Source: Trichodesmium erythraeum IMS101 (GTDB taxonomy: Bacteria > Cyanobacteriota > Cyanobacteriia > Cyanobacteriales > Microcoleaceae). From it: 32,000 nucleotides of DNA. Made by a program: the position numbers and the translations under genes. Where the stretch lies: NCBI RefSeq assembly GCF_000014265.1, contig NC_008312.1:2580001-2612000 (forward strand), given 5' to 3'. This document shows, piece by piece, positions 9,969 through 20,089 of this stretch. Numbering within the stretch: the first letter of the stretch is position 1; each line of letters starts with the position of its first letter. The notes under the pieces are model-generated. The model did not search any database, had not been told where the DNA came from, and saw only the letters and a program-made list of their open reading frames with translations.

Positions 9969-12758
9969 TTAAATAACCACAAAATTAACCAACTTTCTCG
10001 GAACTACAATCACTTTCTTAATTTCCTTACCAGCCAAATGACGCTGTGCTATGTCTGACTCCCGTGCCAACTTTTCCAAAGTTTCCTTATCTGCTTGCGC
10101 TGGCACCTGAATAGTTCCCCTAGTCTTACCCTTAATCTGAATTACTAAAGTAATTTCATCTACCACCAAAGCTTCCGGGTCAAATTTTGGCCAAGCATGA
10201 GTATGTACTGAACCAAAATTACCAGCAATTTGCCATAATTCCTCAGTTATATGTGGTGCAAACGGTGCCAACAACAATAGCAAAGTTTCCAAAGCTTCAG
10301 CATAAATAGGAGAATCTTTGCAACTAGCGTCACCGAGAGCATTACTCAATTTCATCATCTCAGAAACAGCAGTATTAAATTGATAATCTCCATCTAAATC
10401 TTCCGTTACTTCCTTGATAGCATTATGCACCGCACGTCGCACATCTTTCTCTGCTTTAGTTAACTCCCCACCAAACCTACTTTTGATCCAAGTCAAAACT
10501 TTCTGCAAATCATCCTTAGTCTCTTGTTGAGTTTCAGAATAATTGAACTTAGCTTCTATTGCTACCAACACATCCTCAACAGGATAAACTTTCACCACAT
10601 TTCTAAGTTTAAACGCAGAAATATTTTTAGTGATTTCAGTGATCAAATACCGAGACCAACCCAAATCTTTCAAGTCGGCTTGAGTAATACCATGGTGTTT
10701 TGCCTTCAACTCACTAAAACTATGATTTGCCAAAAATTCCATCACCATTGACCACACTCTGTTCAGGAAACGAAACTGCCCTTGTACATCAGCATCATCC
10801 CACTCTAAATCTTTTTCCGGTGGTGCTTTAAACAAAATAAACATCCGCGCCGTATCCGCACCATATGTTGCCATCACATCCATTGGATCCACACCATTAT
10901 ATTTAGATTTAGACATCTTCTCAAAGAAGACTTCCAATTTATCCCCAGTTTTTGGGTCTTTTGGTTCTTGCGGGTTAACATCGGCAAATGGAATATATTT
11001 ACCAGTCACCGGGTTTTTGTAAGTAACACCTTGCACCATTCCTTGAGTCAACAAATTTTGGAAAGGTTCGTCAAAATCACACAAACCCCGATCGCGCAAA
11101 ACCTTAGTAAAAAATCGCGAATACAACAAATGTAAAATCGCGTGTTCAATACCTCCCACATATTGATCTACAGGCAACCAGTCATTAACAATTTTCGAGT
11201 CAAACACCTGTTCTTCATTTGTCGCATCTGGATAACGCAAGTAATACCAGGACGAATCAATAAAAGTATCCATAGTATCAGTTTCTCGTTTTGCTGGAGT
11301 ACCACAACTAGGGCAAGAAACATTTACCCAATCTTCCAATTTTGCCAAGGGTGACGGACCACGACCAGAAAATTCAACACTTTCGGGCAACTTTACAGGC
11401 AAATCTTCATCTGGCACAGGTACAGCACCACATTTTGGACAGTGAATAATAGGTATTGGTGCGCCCCAGTAACGTTGTCTAGAAATCAACCAATCTCGCA
11501 AACGATATTGTACGCGACCTTTGCCATAACCTTCATCTTCAGCAAGTTCAATAATTGCTTTTTTAGCAACAGTAGATTTTTCTCCATTAAACGGACCGGA
11601 ATTAACCATAACCCCAACATCAGTATAAGCTTCTGTTAGTTTATGATCATCATTGGAGTCATCAGGCACAATTACAGTTTTAATGGGTAAATTATATTGT
11701 TTGGCAAACTGGAAGTCGCGGACATCATGAGCAGGTACTCCCATAACAGCCCCTGTACCATATTCATAGAGTACATAGTCAGCGATCCAGATGGGAACTT
11801 CCTGATTATTGAATGGGTTGATAGCTTTACCTCCAGTAGGAACACCACGCTTGGGTTTATCTTCGGCGGTACGTTCTAATTCACTTTCAGCAGCTACTTC
11901 TTTAATGAAAGTTTCCACAGTAATTTGTTGTTCTGGGGTTGTGACTTTTGCTGTCAAAGGGTGTTCGGGAGCTAAAACAACATAACTAACCCCATAGACA
12001 GTATCGGGTCTAGTCGTGAAGACTCCGATTTTTTGATCCATCCCCACTATGGGAAATTCCAGATAAGCTCCAACAGATTTTCCGATCCAGTTTGCCTGCA
12101 TGAGTTTAACTCGTTCCGGCCAACCAGGCAATTTATCCAAATCATTGAGGAGTTGTTCAGCATAATCAGTAATTTTGAAGAACCATTGACGTAACATTTT
12201 ACGTTCGACTTTGGCTCCAGAACGCCAGGAACGGCCTTCTCCATCTACTTGTTCATTGGCCAGTACAGTTTGGTCGATAGGGTCCCAGTTAACTGCAGAT
12301 TCTTTTTGATAGGCCAGACCAGCTTGGAAAAATTGCAGGAATATCCATTGAGTCCAACGGTAGTATTCGGGGGTGCAAGTAGCGACTTCTTTATCCCAGT
12401 CGATGGAAAAACCCAAACGTCTTAGTTGTTCTTTCATTTGGGCAATATTTTCCAGAGTCCATTTGGCGGGTGGGATACCCCGGTCAATAGCTGCGTTTTC
12501 TGCGGGGAGTCCAAAAGCGTCCCAACCCATGGGGTGCAGGACACGATAACCTTGCATCCGTTTGAGTCGGGCAATGACGTCGGTAATAGTATAGTTACGA
12601 ACATGACCCATGTGTAAGTTCCCGGATGGGTAGGGGAACATGGATAGAGCATAGAATTTAGGCTGGTTATTGTTTATAGGAGTTTGATCTTGGTTTTGTT
12701 CAGCCCAGTTTTTTTGCCACTTTTGTTCAATGGATACAGGGTTATATTTGGAGTCCAC
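9969..12758 (-). CDS. leuS: Leucine--tRNA ligase (929 aa, with an extra ~70-residue segment in the C-terminal half)
   Basis: HIGH-type motif HMGH at residues 49-52. KMSKS at residues 614-618. A CP1 editing-domain block (TTRPDTVYG) and the zinc-type cysteines CPKCG and CPSCG are present. The ORF is collinear with bacterial LeuRS throughout. Confidence 0.97.
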   Translation of the reverse strand: MDSKYNPVSIEQKWQKNWAEQNQDQTPINNNQPKFYALSMFPYPSGNLHMGHVRNYTITDVIARLKRMQGYRVLHPMGWDAFGLPAENAAIDRGIPPAKWTLENIAQMKEQLRRLGFSIDWDKEVATCTPEYYRWTQWIFLQFFQAGLAYQKESAVNWDPIDQTVLANEQVDGEGRSWRSGAKVERKMLRQWFFKITDYAEQLLNDLDKLPGWPERVKLMQANWIGKSVGAYLEFPIVGMDQKIGVFTTRPDTVYGVSYVVLAPEHPLTAKVTTPEQQITVETFIKEVAAESELERTAEDKPKRGVPTGGKAINPFNNQEVPIWIADYVLYEYGTGAVMGVPAHDVRDFQFAKQYNLPIKTVIVPDDSNDDHKLTEAYTDVGVMVNSGPFNGEKSTVAKKAIIELAEDEGYGKGRVQYRLRDWLISRQRYWGAPIPIIHCPKCGAVPVPDEDLPVKLPESVEFSGRGPSPLAKLEDWVNVSCPSCGTPAKRETDTMDTFIDSSWYYLRYPDATNEEQVFDSKIVNDWLPVDQYVGGIEHAILHLLYSRFFTKVLRDRGLCDFDEPFQNLLTQGMVQGVTYKNPVTGKYIPFADVNPQEPKDPKTGDKLEVFFEKMSKSKYNGVDPMDVMATYGADTARMFILFKAPPEKDLEWDDADVQGQFRFLNRVWSMVMEFLANHSFSELKAKHHGITQADLKDLGWSRYLITEITKNISAFKLRNVVKVYPVEDVLVAIEAKFNYSETQQETKDDLQKVLTWIKSRFGGELTKAEKDVRRAVHNAIKEVTEDLDGDYQFNTAVSEMMKLSNALGDASCKDSPIYAEALETLLLLLAPFAPHITEELWQIAGNFGSVHTHAWPKFDPEALVVDEITLVIQIKGKTRGTIQVPAQADKETLEKLARESDIAQRHLAGKEIKKVIVVPRKLVNFVVI

Positions 12759-13405
12759 TGTTTTTTTCTCCGTAATTATCTTCAGTAGTGTTGTTTTATT
12801 AATTATTTTGACATATTCTTCGACTATGAGGATTTATGATTATACTGCAATACAAATGTAATATATAACTTGGAAAAATCTTATTAATTCTGTTAGTTTT
12901 GATCAAAATTGTTGGGGGCTTCAGCAGTTGGGAAAAATTGTAGTGAGTTTCTGATATATTTTGCCTCTAGAATTTATGATATAGTTGCTCTAAAAATTAT
13001 CTGATAACTTGTTGAAAAATAAAAAAATTATTTTTAGGTGACATAGCTGAACTGTAATTTTATCAATGTATATATAAGACTATTCCTGGTTTATAGTTAT
13101 GGGTGTCAACTTTAATTTTAGATATTTACAACAAGTGCATTTGGGGTTATAAAAAAGTTGATAAAAAGTCGAATATCAAGAATTTTTAGTACGGTTAAAA
13201 TTAAAATAGTTAATAGTATGGAGATGGGAGTAATTTCAGTTATCAGTTGTTATTAGCTCTGACTAAATTCTCTGGTTTAAAATACTCAATTTAATATTTT
13301 TTTATCCCTTTAAAAGGGTAGGCTTTATATCTCATTTTTTGGTAAAATAATCCTCGAATTGTAGCAAAAATTTATTCAAATACTATGATTTCAAGTTCAC
13401 GAGAT

Positions 13406-14197
13406 CTATTTTTTGTCAGCAGGAGGACTGAAACGAATTTCTATACGCCTTCTCTGAGGATCTGGATAGCGCTGTACTCCCGCATATTCTCCTGAAGGTA
13501 GATAAAGTTGTGCTGCTGAATAAGCTCGGAATTTTAATTCTAGTTGCTTTAAACGAGGGTTTTTTTCAAGTTCTTTTACTACTGCTAAAGCTCGCATTAA
13601 ACCTAAATCTGCATTAGAACTTGGGGTGAGATTACTAATATTTATATTGTTATTAACACGAGCAACTTCTTCTAAAAGATTATCTAAATTACTTACTTGA
13701 AAACGATTATTTTTTTGGCCATCAGTATGACCAATTACTTGTACGATATAACCTTCTTTCCCTTGAGCATAATTTTCGATTTGCTTCACTAAATTGTTCT
13801 CAATAAAATTAACTAACCCATCAGACAATTCGGCACTACCTGATGGAAATTTACGATTAGATACTTCTGTAATTTCAATTGGTGGTTGGGATGTTAAGCT
13901 AGAAATTTCTTCATTTTTTCTCTTGATAGTCTTTTCTTGTTGCTTTATCTTTTCAGATTTTTCCTGTATTTCTTTGTCTTTTTCTTTGACTTTATCCTGC
14001 AATTTTTTATTCTCTATTTTTACTAATTTAAGTTCAGTATTGACTCTGGAAATATCTGAATTTACAACTCCTGATTTAAGTAATGCTAGGAACAAAAATA
14101 AGCTCAAAATCATAAAAGCGCTCGACATCACATCTGTAAAAGATTGCCAGACATTGAGAGCTTGATTTAACCTTGAATATCGTAAACGGCGACTCAT
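13406..14197 (-). CDS. MotB/ZorB-like protein: N-terminal TM helix with conserved Asp, ~60-aa coiled coil, C-terminal OmpA-like peptidoglycan-binding domain
   Basis: 263 aa. WQSFTDVMSSAFMILSLFLFLALL resembles the MotB YADFMTAMMAFFLV segment, with Asp22 at nt 14132-14134. OmpA_C blocks are FPSGSAEL, VIGHTDG, NADLGLMRALAV and RRRIEIRF. Confidence 0.8.
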   Translation of the reverse strand: MSRRLRYSRLNQALNVWQSFTDVMSSAFMILSLFLFLALLKSGVVNSDISRVNTELKLVKIENKKLQDKVKEKDKEIQEKSEKIKQQEKTIKRKNEEISSLTSQPPIEITEVSNRKFPSGSAELSDGLVNFIENNLVKQIENYAQGKEGYIVQVIGHTDGQKNNRFQVSNLDNLLEEVARVNNNINISNLTPSSNADLGLMRALAVVKELEKNPRLKQLELKFRAYSAAQLYLPSGEYAGVQRYPDPQRRRIEIRFSPPADKK

Positions 14198-14469
14198 AAT
14201 TTTTACTTCTTTATTGATCTGAAAAAATCAAAAAGTTTTGGTAATTAAATAGTGGTTTAAAACCTATGGGTATTTACCAAAATTATAACCATATTATAGT
14301 TTCATAGAGTGAGCAAATCTTTACCCACTCTAAACTTAGTATTAGATTGACTCTGATATTTAATAGTATTAAGTAATGAGGACTTATTAACTTCCAGAAT
14401 TCTTCCATAGGAGCATTTCAGTGGGATACTAAAGCGCCAATATTTGTGGTTCATATTTTATCCCAATTT

Positions 14470-16161
14470 CTAAATAGACTTTCTCCTGGAATTTGCTTCT
14501 AATTGAGAGTCTTTAAATTCAGTAGTATTACTTGAAGATTGGAATTGCAATTGTAAGTTTGATTCTAACTTTTCAAACTTGTTTTTTATCTGACTCAGAT
14601 AATCTACAGATTCTTCAATTTTTCCTCTAAGTGTCCTAATTTCTTGACTATTGTTACCTACCTGTTCAACTAAAGTATTAGTCAAGCGATCGCCTAAATT
14701 ATCTAAACTTGTAATAGATACCTGAAATTTTTCCAATACCTTCTGAATTTCCTGGTTATTAATATCTACTTTTTGGGCTACGTTATCAATTAGCTTGTTA
14801 CCAAAATTTTGAATTTCTGTATTGACTTCTTGGGAATTTGCTTTCAATGTTTTTACAATATTAGCTAGCTCTGATTGTATATTTACCAGACTTTCTTCTC
14901 TAACCTTAATCTCATTCTGTAGGCTTTGAATTATTTGGGAAGCCGACTTAAAATTATTTGCTCCTTCGTTAAGTTTAGGAATAATATTTTGAAGAGATTT
15001 TTGATTGATTTTATGTAATTCAAATACCTCACGATAGTTTTGATTAAAGTTGATAATTTCTGCTGTTAAACTTCCTAGAGTCTGACTGTTTTTATTCGAT
15101 GATTCTTTAATATCGTTTACTGTTTCTTGTAAAGCAGAAGTTGAGCTAGAAAAATTTTGTTGCATGGTAGCTAAATTTTGAGTAGCTTCTGATAATTTTT
15201 TAGGAAATTGACTTTGTTGAAATGTTTTAGATGCCTCCTTAAATTCTTTTACTGTAGGTTTCATCTCATCAGCAATAATATTTTGAAAGTTATTAACAAC
15301 TGATTCAAATCTACCTGCTGCATTAGATATTGTCCCAGAAGATTCAGTAAATCTTGTATAAACTTGTTTAGCGATATCAGCCGCTTCTTTGTTACCTTCG
15401 GAAATTTCTCTTGCTATTTTTCCCAAGGATGATTCCACTGCATTTGTTACATTTTGATGAAATCTATTTAAGAAGTAATTTTGCTGTTCTACCATGCGGT
15501 TAACAGCCTTATCAAGTCTAGTATTACCTTCTATTTTTGGTTGTAAAATATTATCGAGGTAATCTTCTAAATAGCTGATTAAATCTTCTCTTGCCAAATT
15601 AGTATTCCATTTAAGGTTAATTACTGTTAATAAGGAACTACAAGCTACAGCAATTAAGCTAGTAATAAAAGCAATTCCCATACCTTGGATAGGGTCTTGT
15701 AATTGCTCGACTAAGTTATTTATATCAGTTGCTTTAACTTGATTAATTGTTTGAATTAAGCTTGATAAGTTAATGACTATTCCAAGAAAAGTGCCTAATA
15801 TTCCAAAGGATATTAATAGGTTAGGTAATGCTTGAGAAAAGTAATCCCATTGATGGCATCGTAATGGAAATCCTAAAAAATCAAATTTTTCTTGGCTATA
15901 AATTCCATCTACTAATGCTGCTGTATTAACTTCTTCTAAATTTTTACTTGCTATGGAAAATCTTGCCTCTAAATATTCAATTATTTTAGGTTTTCGTCCT
16001 GGACTTATCTCGCGAATTAGTCTTCTAACTTTATCATTTAAATATATTAAATAATTGTAGAGTCGGATACGCACTATGGCAGTAAATATAGTGGGAAAGA
16101 TTACCAATACTATACTCAAGATAAGCAATGGAAATGGAATTAGCTGGAATAATTCAACCAT
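14470..16161 (-). CDS. MotA/ExbB/TolQ-family channel protein with a long C-terminal helical tail (ZorA-like architecture)
   Basis: 563 aa. Predicted TM helices lie at about residues 5-30, 110-132 and 160-182. Family-typical blocks are LPNLLISFGILGTFLGIV and GMGIAFITSLIAVACSSLLTV (core at nt 15607-15849). Residues ~186-563 are uninterrupted Q/N/S/E-rich helix or coiled coil. An AAGGAG Shine-Dalgarno (16170-16175) sits 8 nt upstream of the ATG. Confidence 0.75.
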   Translation of the reverse strand: MVELFQLIPFPLLILSIVLVIFPTIFTAIVRIRLYNYLIYLNDKVRRLIREISPGRKPKIIEYLEARFSIASKNLEEVNTAALVDGIYSQEKFDFLGFPLRCHQWDYFSQALPNLLISFGILGTFLGIVINLSSLIQTINQVKATDINNLVEQLQDPIQGMGIAFITSLIAVACSSLLTVINLKWNTNLAREDLISYLEDYLDNILQPKIEGNTRLDKAVNRMVEQQNYFLNRFHQNVTNAVESSLGKIAREISEGNKEAADIAKQVYTRFTESSGTISNAAGRFESVVNNFQNIIADEMKPTVKEFKEASKTFQQSQFPKKLSEATQNLATMQQNFSSSTSALQETVNDIKESSNKNSQTLGSLTAEIINFNQNYREVFELHKINQKSLQNIIPKLNEGANNFKSASQIIQSLQNEIKVREESLVNIQSELANIVKTLKANSQEVNTEIQNFGNKLIDNVAQKVDINNQEIQKVLEKFQVSITSLDNLGDRLTNTLVEQVGNNSQEIRTLRGKIEESVDYLSQIKNKFEKLESNLQLQFQSSSNTTEFKDSQLEANSRRKSI

Positions 16162-16182
16162 AATTAAAACTCCTTTAGATTA
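16148..16182. repeat. 35-bp direct repeat, copy A (covers the start codon and SD of the MotA-like gene)
   Basis: aataattcaaccataattaaaactcctttagatta matches 16466-16500 with 3 mismatches in 35. Confidence 0.85.
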
Positions 16183-16465
16183 AATCCATAAATCTTTTTT
16201 TTATTTGCCACTAAAAATTATAATTTTGTGGTAAATCACATCAAATATAGCATTTCTTAGTTTAGTGAAGTACAGTTATATTTTATCTTTTTTCTTAGTA
16301 TTTGCCTGTTGATTGTTTTCTGTTGACTAAAATCAATAATTTTTACCTCACAAGTATAATAATTTTTAGATGTCCCAGAATAGAAACAAATAAACTTTGT
16401 TTTCCTATGTTTTTTGAGTAGATTCTGCAATAACTTTTCGACTCTTTTTTTTTGTAATTATTTAA

Positions 16466-16500
16466 AATAATTCAACCATAATTAAAGCTCCTTTATCTTA
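16466..16500. repeat. 35-bp direct repeat, copy B (abuts the stop codon of the tubulin-like gene)
   Basis: aataattcaaccataattaaagctcctttatctta. On the minus strand it supplies AAGGAG, an 8-nt spacer, then ATG GTT GAA TTA TTT TAA. That is a mini-ORF, MVELF-stop, at 16479..16462. Confidence 0.85.
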
Positions 16501-16501
16501 C

Positions 16502-19500
16502 TTAAATACCTAATATATTTTTCTTAGCTGCCTGAAATTCTGCATCTGTCAAAAATCCCTGTTCTTTCATCCTTACTAAATCCTTCAATTGTTTCATCCG
16601 GTCATCTCCTGAATTATGTTGCTTATCGCGATAATTTGGAGAATTATCTAAATCAATATCAACGTCAATAATTTCATCCTTTATTACCTCCTTATTTTCC
16701 TCTGTTACAGTAGATTTTGACTGAAGTAATTGTATATTTTTTACTTTTTTTTGTATACGACGGCGAAAGCGATTAATAATTCCTTCCTTTCCAGAATTTT
16801 CAGTTGTTGGTGGTGTTCCAACTACCGTATCTTTATAAGGATAATTAAGATCATCTTCCGGTAAATTATCAATTTGTTTAACAAACTTTTGCAACTTCGG
16901 TAAATAATAGTTTTCCCAGAGCAGAGGTTCTTTATCTATTTTTTCTACTTCTTTATCCAGAATATTTTTCAAAGCCTCTGTCATATCCTGCCGATTAGCT
17001 AATTCCTCTAAAGCTTGATTCCAAACTGAACTAAGCTCCGCAGTGTAATAACTATCTCGCATATCATTGTAATACATAAATTCTAATAACTCATCCCCAT
17101 TTTTTTGAATTAATTCTAAAGCCAAACAAGGATAAAAAATATCTTCTAACTCTTCTATTTTTGCTGCATCTGGAGGAATAATATCAGCAAAGAAAATCCG
17201 ATTGTTATTATGGAGAAAAGAAGTAGAATAATTCATTTCTCGAATGTAAGAATTTCTCATTTGCTCAAGATTAGTAATTAGTCTCAAAGGAAAAGCTGCA
17301 TATTCTTTAACGATTAAAATTTGGTCTTCCGCTTGAGTTGGTTTAAGAGTATTATTGTCAACTCCTAAATCTCCCACCAAAATATCTTTAAATTGTTTAA
17401 CTCCTTCATCATCAGTATCTTTAAATCCTATTAATTGACTGTGTTTAGAATCCCTATCTCTGAAGTAAATAGCATTAAAATCTAAAGGTAAAAGTGGTTC
17501 AGCCTCCTGCATAATTTGTCCCAAACGAGTGCTCCTTTCAACCCTAGAATAGTTCTGTAGAAAACGCTTAATTACAGAATTAACAATATTAGTACTCCGA
17601 ACTCCAAATAACCTATCTACTGTGAGATTAACTTCTTCTTTTACTTGCTCTTCTTCCCTGACTTTTTCTCTGATAAAAATTGCAATTGATTGCCCGTCTT
17701 CAGACGATTTAGTAATTTCCGAACTTAGTTGTACCAATTGTGACTTTAGCTCTTCGAGAGGGAGTAAAATTTGAGAACAGTTATTGATATCTTCCTCCGC
17801 AAAAATAGCTTCTCCACTCATTTCATCAAAGTCTAGTTGTTTTAAATTTGCTTGTTCTTTTTCATAGTCATTTTTAAGGTTATTAAGTAAGTTTGTAAAT
17901 TCTCTTAGTTGGGCAGCAATATTTTCAACATGATTTTGTAAATTTCTTACTATTTCAAGAGTTTCTTGGAAAACTATTAAGTCAAAATTATGTCTAATTA
18001 AATCGCAAATTTGTCTGACTATTCTTTTAGCTTCAGCTTGAAATTCTCTATTCTTACCTCCCAATAAAGGCAGTTCAAATTTATTCTCAATATCTGCAAT
18101 TATCTGTTCGCCATCTTGCCATTTTCTGTCTACATCCTCTAATATCTTACTACCATTAAAATCTACAATTTTTTCTTCAATATCCCTTTGATAATTATTC
18201 AGTTCATTTTTCATTGCTTCTAGCCATTCCCGACTACTTCTAATAGAAAAATTATCATTACTCGGACTTAGCAAATCCACAATAAAACTATTAATATTTT
18301 GTTGAAATTCCACTGTAATTTTCGGACAAATTTGTTGCAACCTTGTCAACCAAACCCCTCTACTACTATCAGTTGTTCCGGGAATAACCTTTCTAAATTG
18401 CTCTCGAAAATCTCTCGGTAATCGTTGCTGTAATGCTATCCGGTCATCCTTATTTTGAGACTCAGAAATTGCCCTATCTAATTTATTTCTCCAAGCATTA
18501 ATTGTACTTTGAAAATTCTTATTAGACTCTTCCACAGATTCGGCTAATCTTCTACTTAATCCATCTCGTTTTTGCAAGTCATCATGCCAGCGATATTGAA
18601 GTAAAAATCTTTCCAGTAATAAAACCGAATCTGGGCTTTGACCTTCACCATTTAACCAGAAATTAACTAAATTTAAACTAATACGATTTAAAGCTATTTG
18701 AACAATTTTATCCCGTGGAAAATAAATAGCCGCCATACCAAAAGTTAAGTAGCGTTGAATATTAGGACGAGGGTGATTATCATATTGGATTAAATCTTGT
18801 AAAAAATTATCTCTCATACCTTTAACTATAGGCGCTAATTCTCCAGAAAAATCCAAAGCAATTTTATGAGCAATAACATTACATAATTTACGTTGCTCAA
18901 GAATTTTATATCCTCCTGTTGTCTCATTAGAAACCAAATAAGCATAATCATAAGGAGGTCGTTCTGATTGAACAATTACTAAGTCTTGTATATCGTAACA
19001 AGCTTCAAATTTTGTACCAGGAGTAGTGTAATGATTTAGTTCTTTTAAGGCTGCATAAGTATTAGCTTTCATATTAGTATTATTTCCATATAACTCAGGA
19101 CTAATTACTAAATAACCAACAATTTTAGTGTTTTGCTGACCATAAGAATGTCTCAAACTATAAGCAACATCTAAAAACATTCCACTGCCAGTACCTCCAC
19201 AAAGAGAACCCACAATAAAAATATTTACTCCCCCATCTACCCTTAACCCCATTTTTAGTAAAATACCCTCATTTCCTCTAGTTTTTTTTTCCGCTATTTC
19301 AATTGCTTTTTGAATCTTACGATAGTTATGAAAAAAAGCTAATCTTCCTACTGGTCTAATTCCTTTTGCACCCTCTTCTATTGCCTTAATATTCCGATTA
19401 AGTTGAGGAGGAAACCATTGACGAATATGGTCGTAAGGTCCTGTTCTTTCAGAAGTGGAATGTTTTTCTAATTCTTGAGTAAAATTATCCACATCTCTGC

Positions 19501-19774
19501 TACTCATTGTGGCACTAACTTTCTCAGCTTCCTTAAAACTAAGGTCAACTCCATGATATGTACTGCCAGTTCTTAAACCAGATATTTGACTAGCTGACTT
19601 GTCAGTATCAATATGAACAAAACTCACAATTGGCAGTTTTTCTAAATCCCCATAACTATCTACAATTAATCTACGAATTCGCATCAAAATATCTCTACCA
19701 GTACCTCCTATTCCGATACAAATAGTACGATTAATTCCTCTAGACTGGCGTTCTTGACTAGTTGATTGAATCAT
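16502..19774 (-). CDS. Giant tubulin/FtsZ-superfamily GTPase-like protein (Tubulin_2-like N-terminal domain, ~700-aa helical extension, SHOCT-like C-terminus)
   Basis: 1090 aa. T1-like loop CIGIGGTGRDI at residues 19-29 (GIGGTG at nt 19697-19714). A GAKGIRPVGR block resembles FtsZ GAGANPEVGR. The tubulin signature GGTGSG is at residues 193-198 (nt 19181-19198, checked on the DNA). The C-terminal MKQLKDLVRMKEQGFLTDAEFQAAKKNILGI resembles a SHOCT domain. A strong AAGGAGG SD (19783-19789) lies 8 nt from the ATG. Confidence 0.75.
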   Translation of the reverse strand: MIQSTSQERQSRGINRTICIGIGGTGRDILMRIRRLIVDSYGDLEKLPIVSFVHIDTDKSASQISGLRTGSTYHGVDLSFKEAEKVSATMSSRDVDNFTQELEKHSTSERTGPYDHIRQWFPPQLNRNIKAIEEGAKGIRPVGRLAFFHNYRKIQKAIEIAEKKTRGNEGILLKMGLRVDGGVNIFIVGSLCGGTGSGMFLDVAYSLRHSYGQQNTKIVGYLVISPELYGNNTNMKANTYAALKELNHYTTPGTKFEACYDIQDLVIVQSERPPYDYAYLVSNETTGGYKILEQRKLCNVIAHKIALDFSGELAPIVKGMRDNFLQDLIQYDNHPRPNIQRYLTFGMAAIYFPRDKIVQIALNRISLNLVNFWLNGEGQSPDSVLLLERFLLQYRWHDDLQKRDGLSRRLAESVEESNKNFQSTINAWRNKLDRAISESQNKDDRIALQQRLPRDFREQFRKVIPGTTDSSRGVWLTRLQQICPKITVEFQQNINSFIVDLLSPSNDNFSIRSSREWLEAMKNELNNYQRDIEEKIVDFNGSKILEDVDRKWQDGEQIIADIENKFELPLLGGKNREFQAEAKRIVRQICDLIRHNFDLIVFQETLEIVRNLQNHVENIAAQLREFTNLLNNLKNDYEKEQANLKQLDFDEMSGEAIFAEEDINNCSQILLPLEELKSQLVQLSSEITKSSEDGQSIAIFIREKVREEEQVKEEVNLTVDRLFGVRSTNIVNSVIKRFLQNYSRVERSTRLGQIMQEAEPLLPLDFNAIYFRDRDSKHSQLIGFKDTDDEGVKQFKDILVGDLGVDNNTLKPTQAEDQILIVKEYAAFPLRLITNLEQMRNSYIREMNYSTSFLHNNNRIFFADIIPPDAAKIEELEDIFYPCLALELIQKNGDELLEFMYYNDMRDSYYTAELSSVWNQALEELANRQDMTEALKNILDKEVEKIDKEPLLWENYYLPKLQKFVKQIDNLPEDDLNYPYKDTVVGTPPTTENSGKEGIINRFRRRIQKKVKNIQLLQSKSTVTEENKEVIKDEIIDVDIDLDNSPNYRDKQHNSGDDRMKQLKDLVRMKEQGFLTDAEFQAAKKNILGI

Positions 19775-20089
19775 GGTTTTTACCTCCTTTAATATTGACC
19801 ACTAAATGCTTACTAGCAATTTGAATAAAACCACATAGTTCTACATTTTCATTTCTACCACATTCTATTACAATATTTACAGCACTTGAAGCACAATAAC
19901 GACGACTTTAATTAGTCAACCCATACAATTATGGGATAGAAAATGTAGATTTTGCTCGATAAACTTCTAAAGTTCAATGATGGGTTTTTACCCATACTTT
20001 TAATTCTTTAAAACCTCTCAATTGCTTTTTATTCCTTTAAAAACAATAAAGCTAATAGCTAATAGCTGAACCCTGAATACTTACCTTTA

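Noticed and set aside
10455-10733. CAAD membrane-anchor domain (known in some cyanobacterial aminoacyl-tRNA synthetases) as the explanation for the LeuRS insertion
   Set aside because: CAAD contains two hydrophobic transmembrane helices. This insert is charged and polar with no hydrophobic stretch of about 20 residues.
13406-16161. Flagellar stator MotAB, or TolQR / ExbBD
   Set aside because: No flagellar genes are present, and cyanobacteria are not known to have flagella. TolR and ExbD partners lack an OmpA domain, and TolQ, ExbB and MotA lack a ~380-aa tail. No TonB, TolA or Pal-type neighbours are present.
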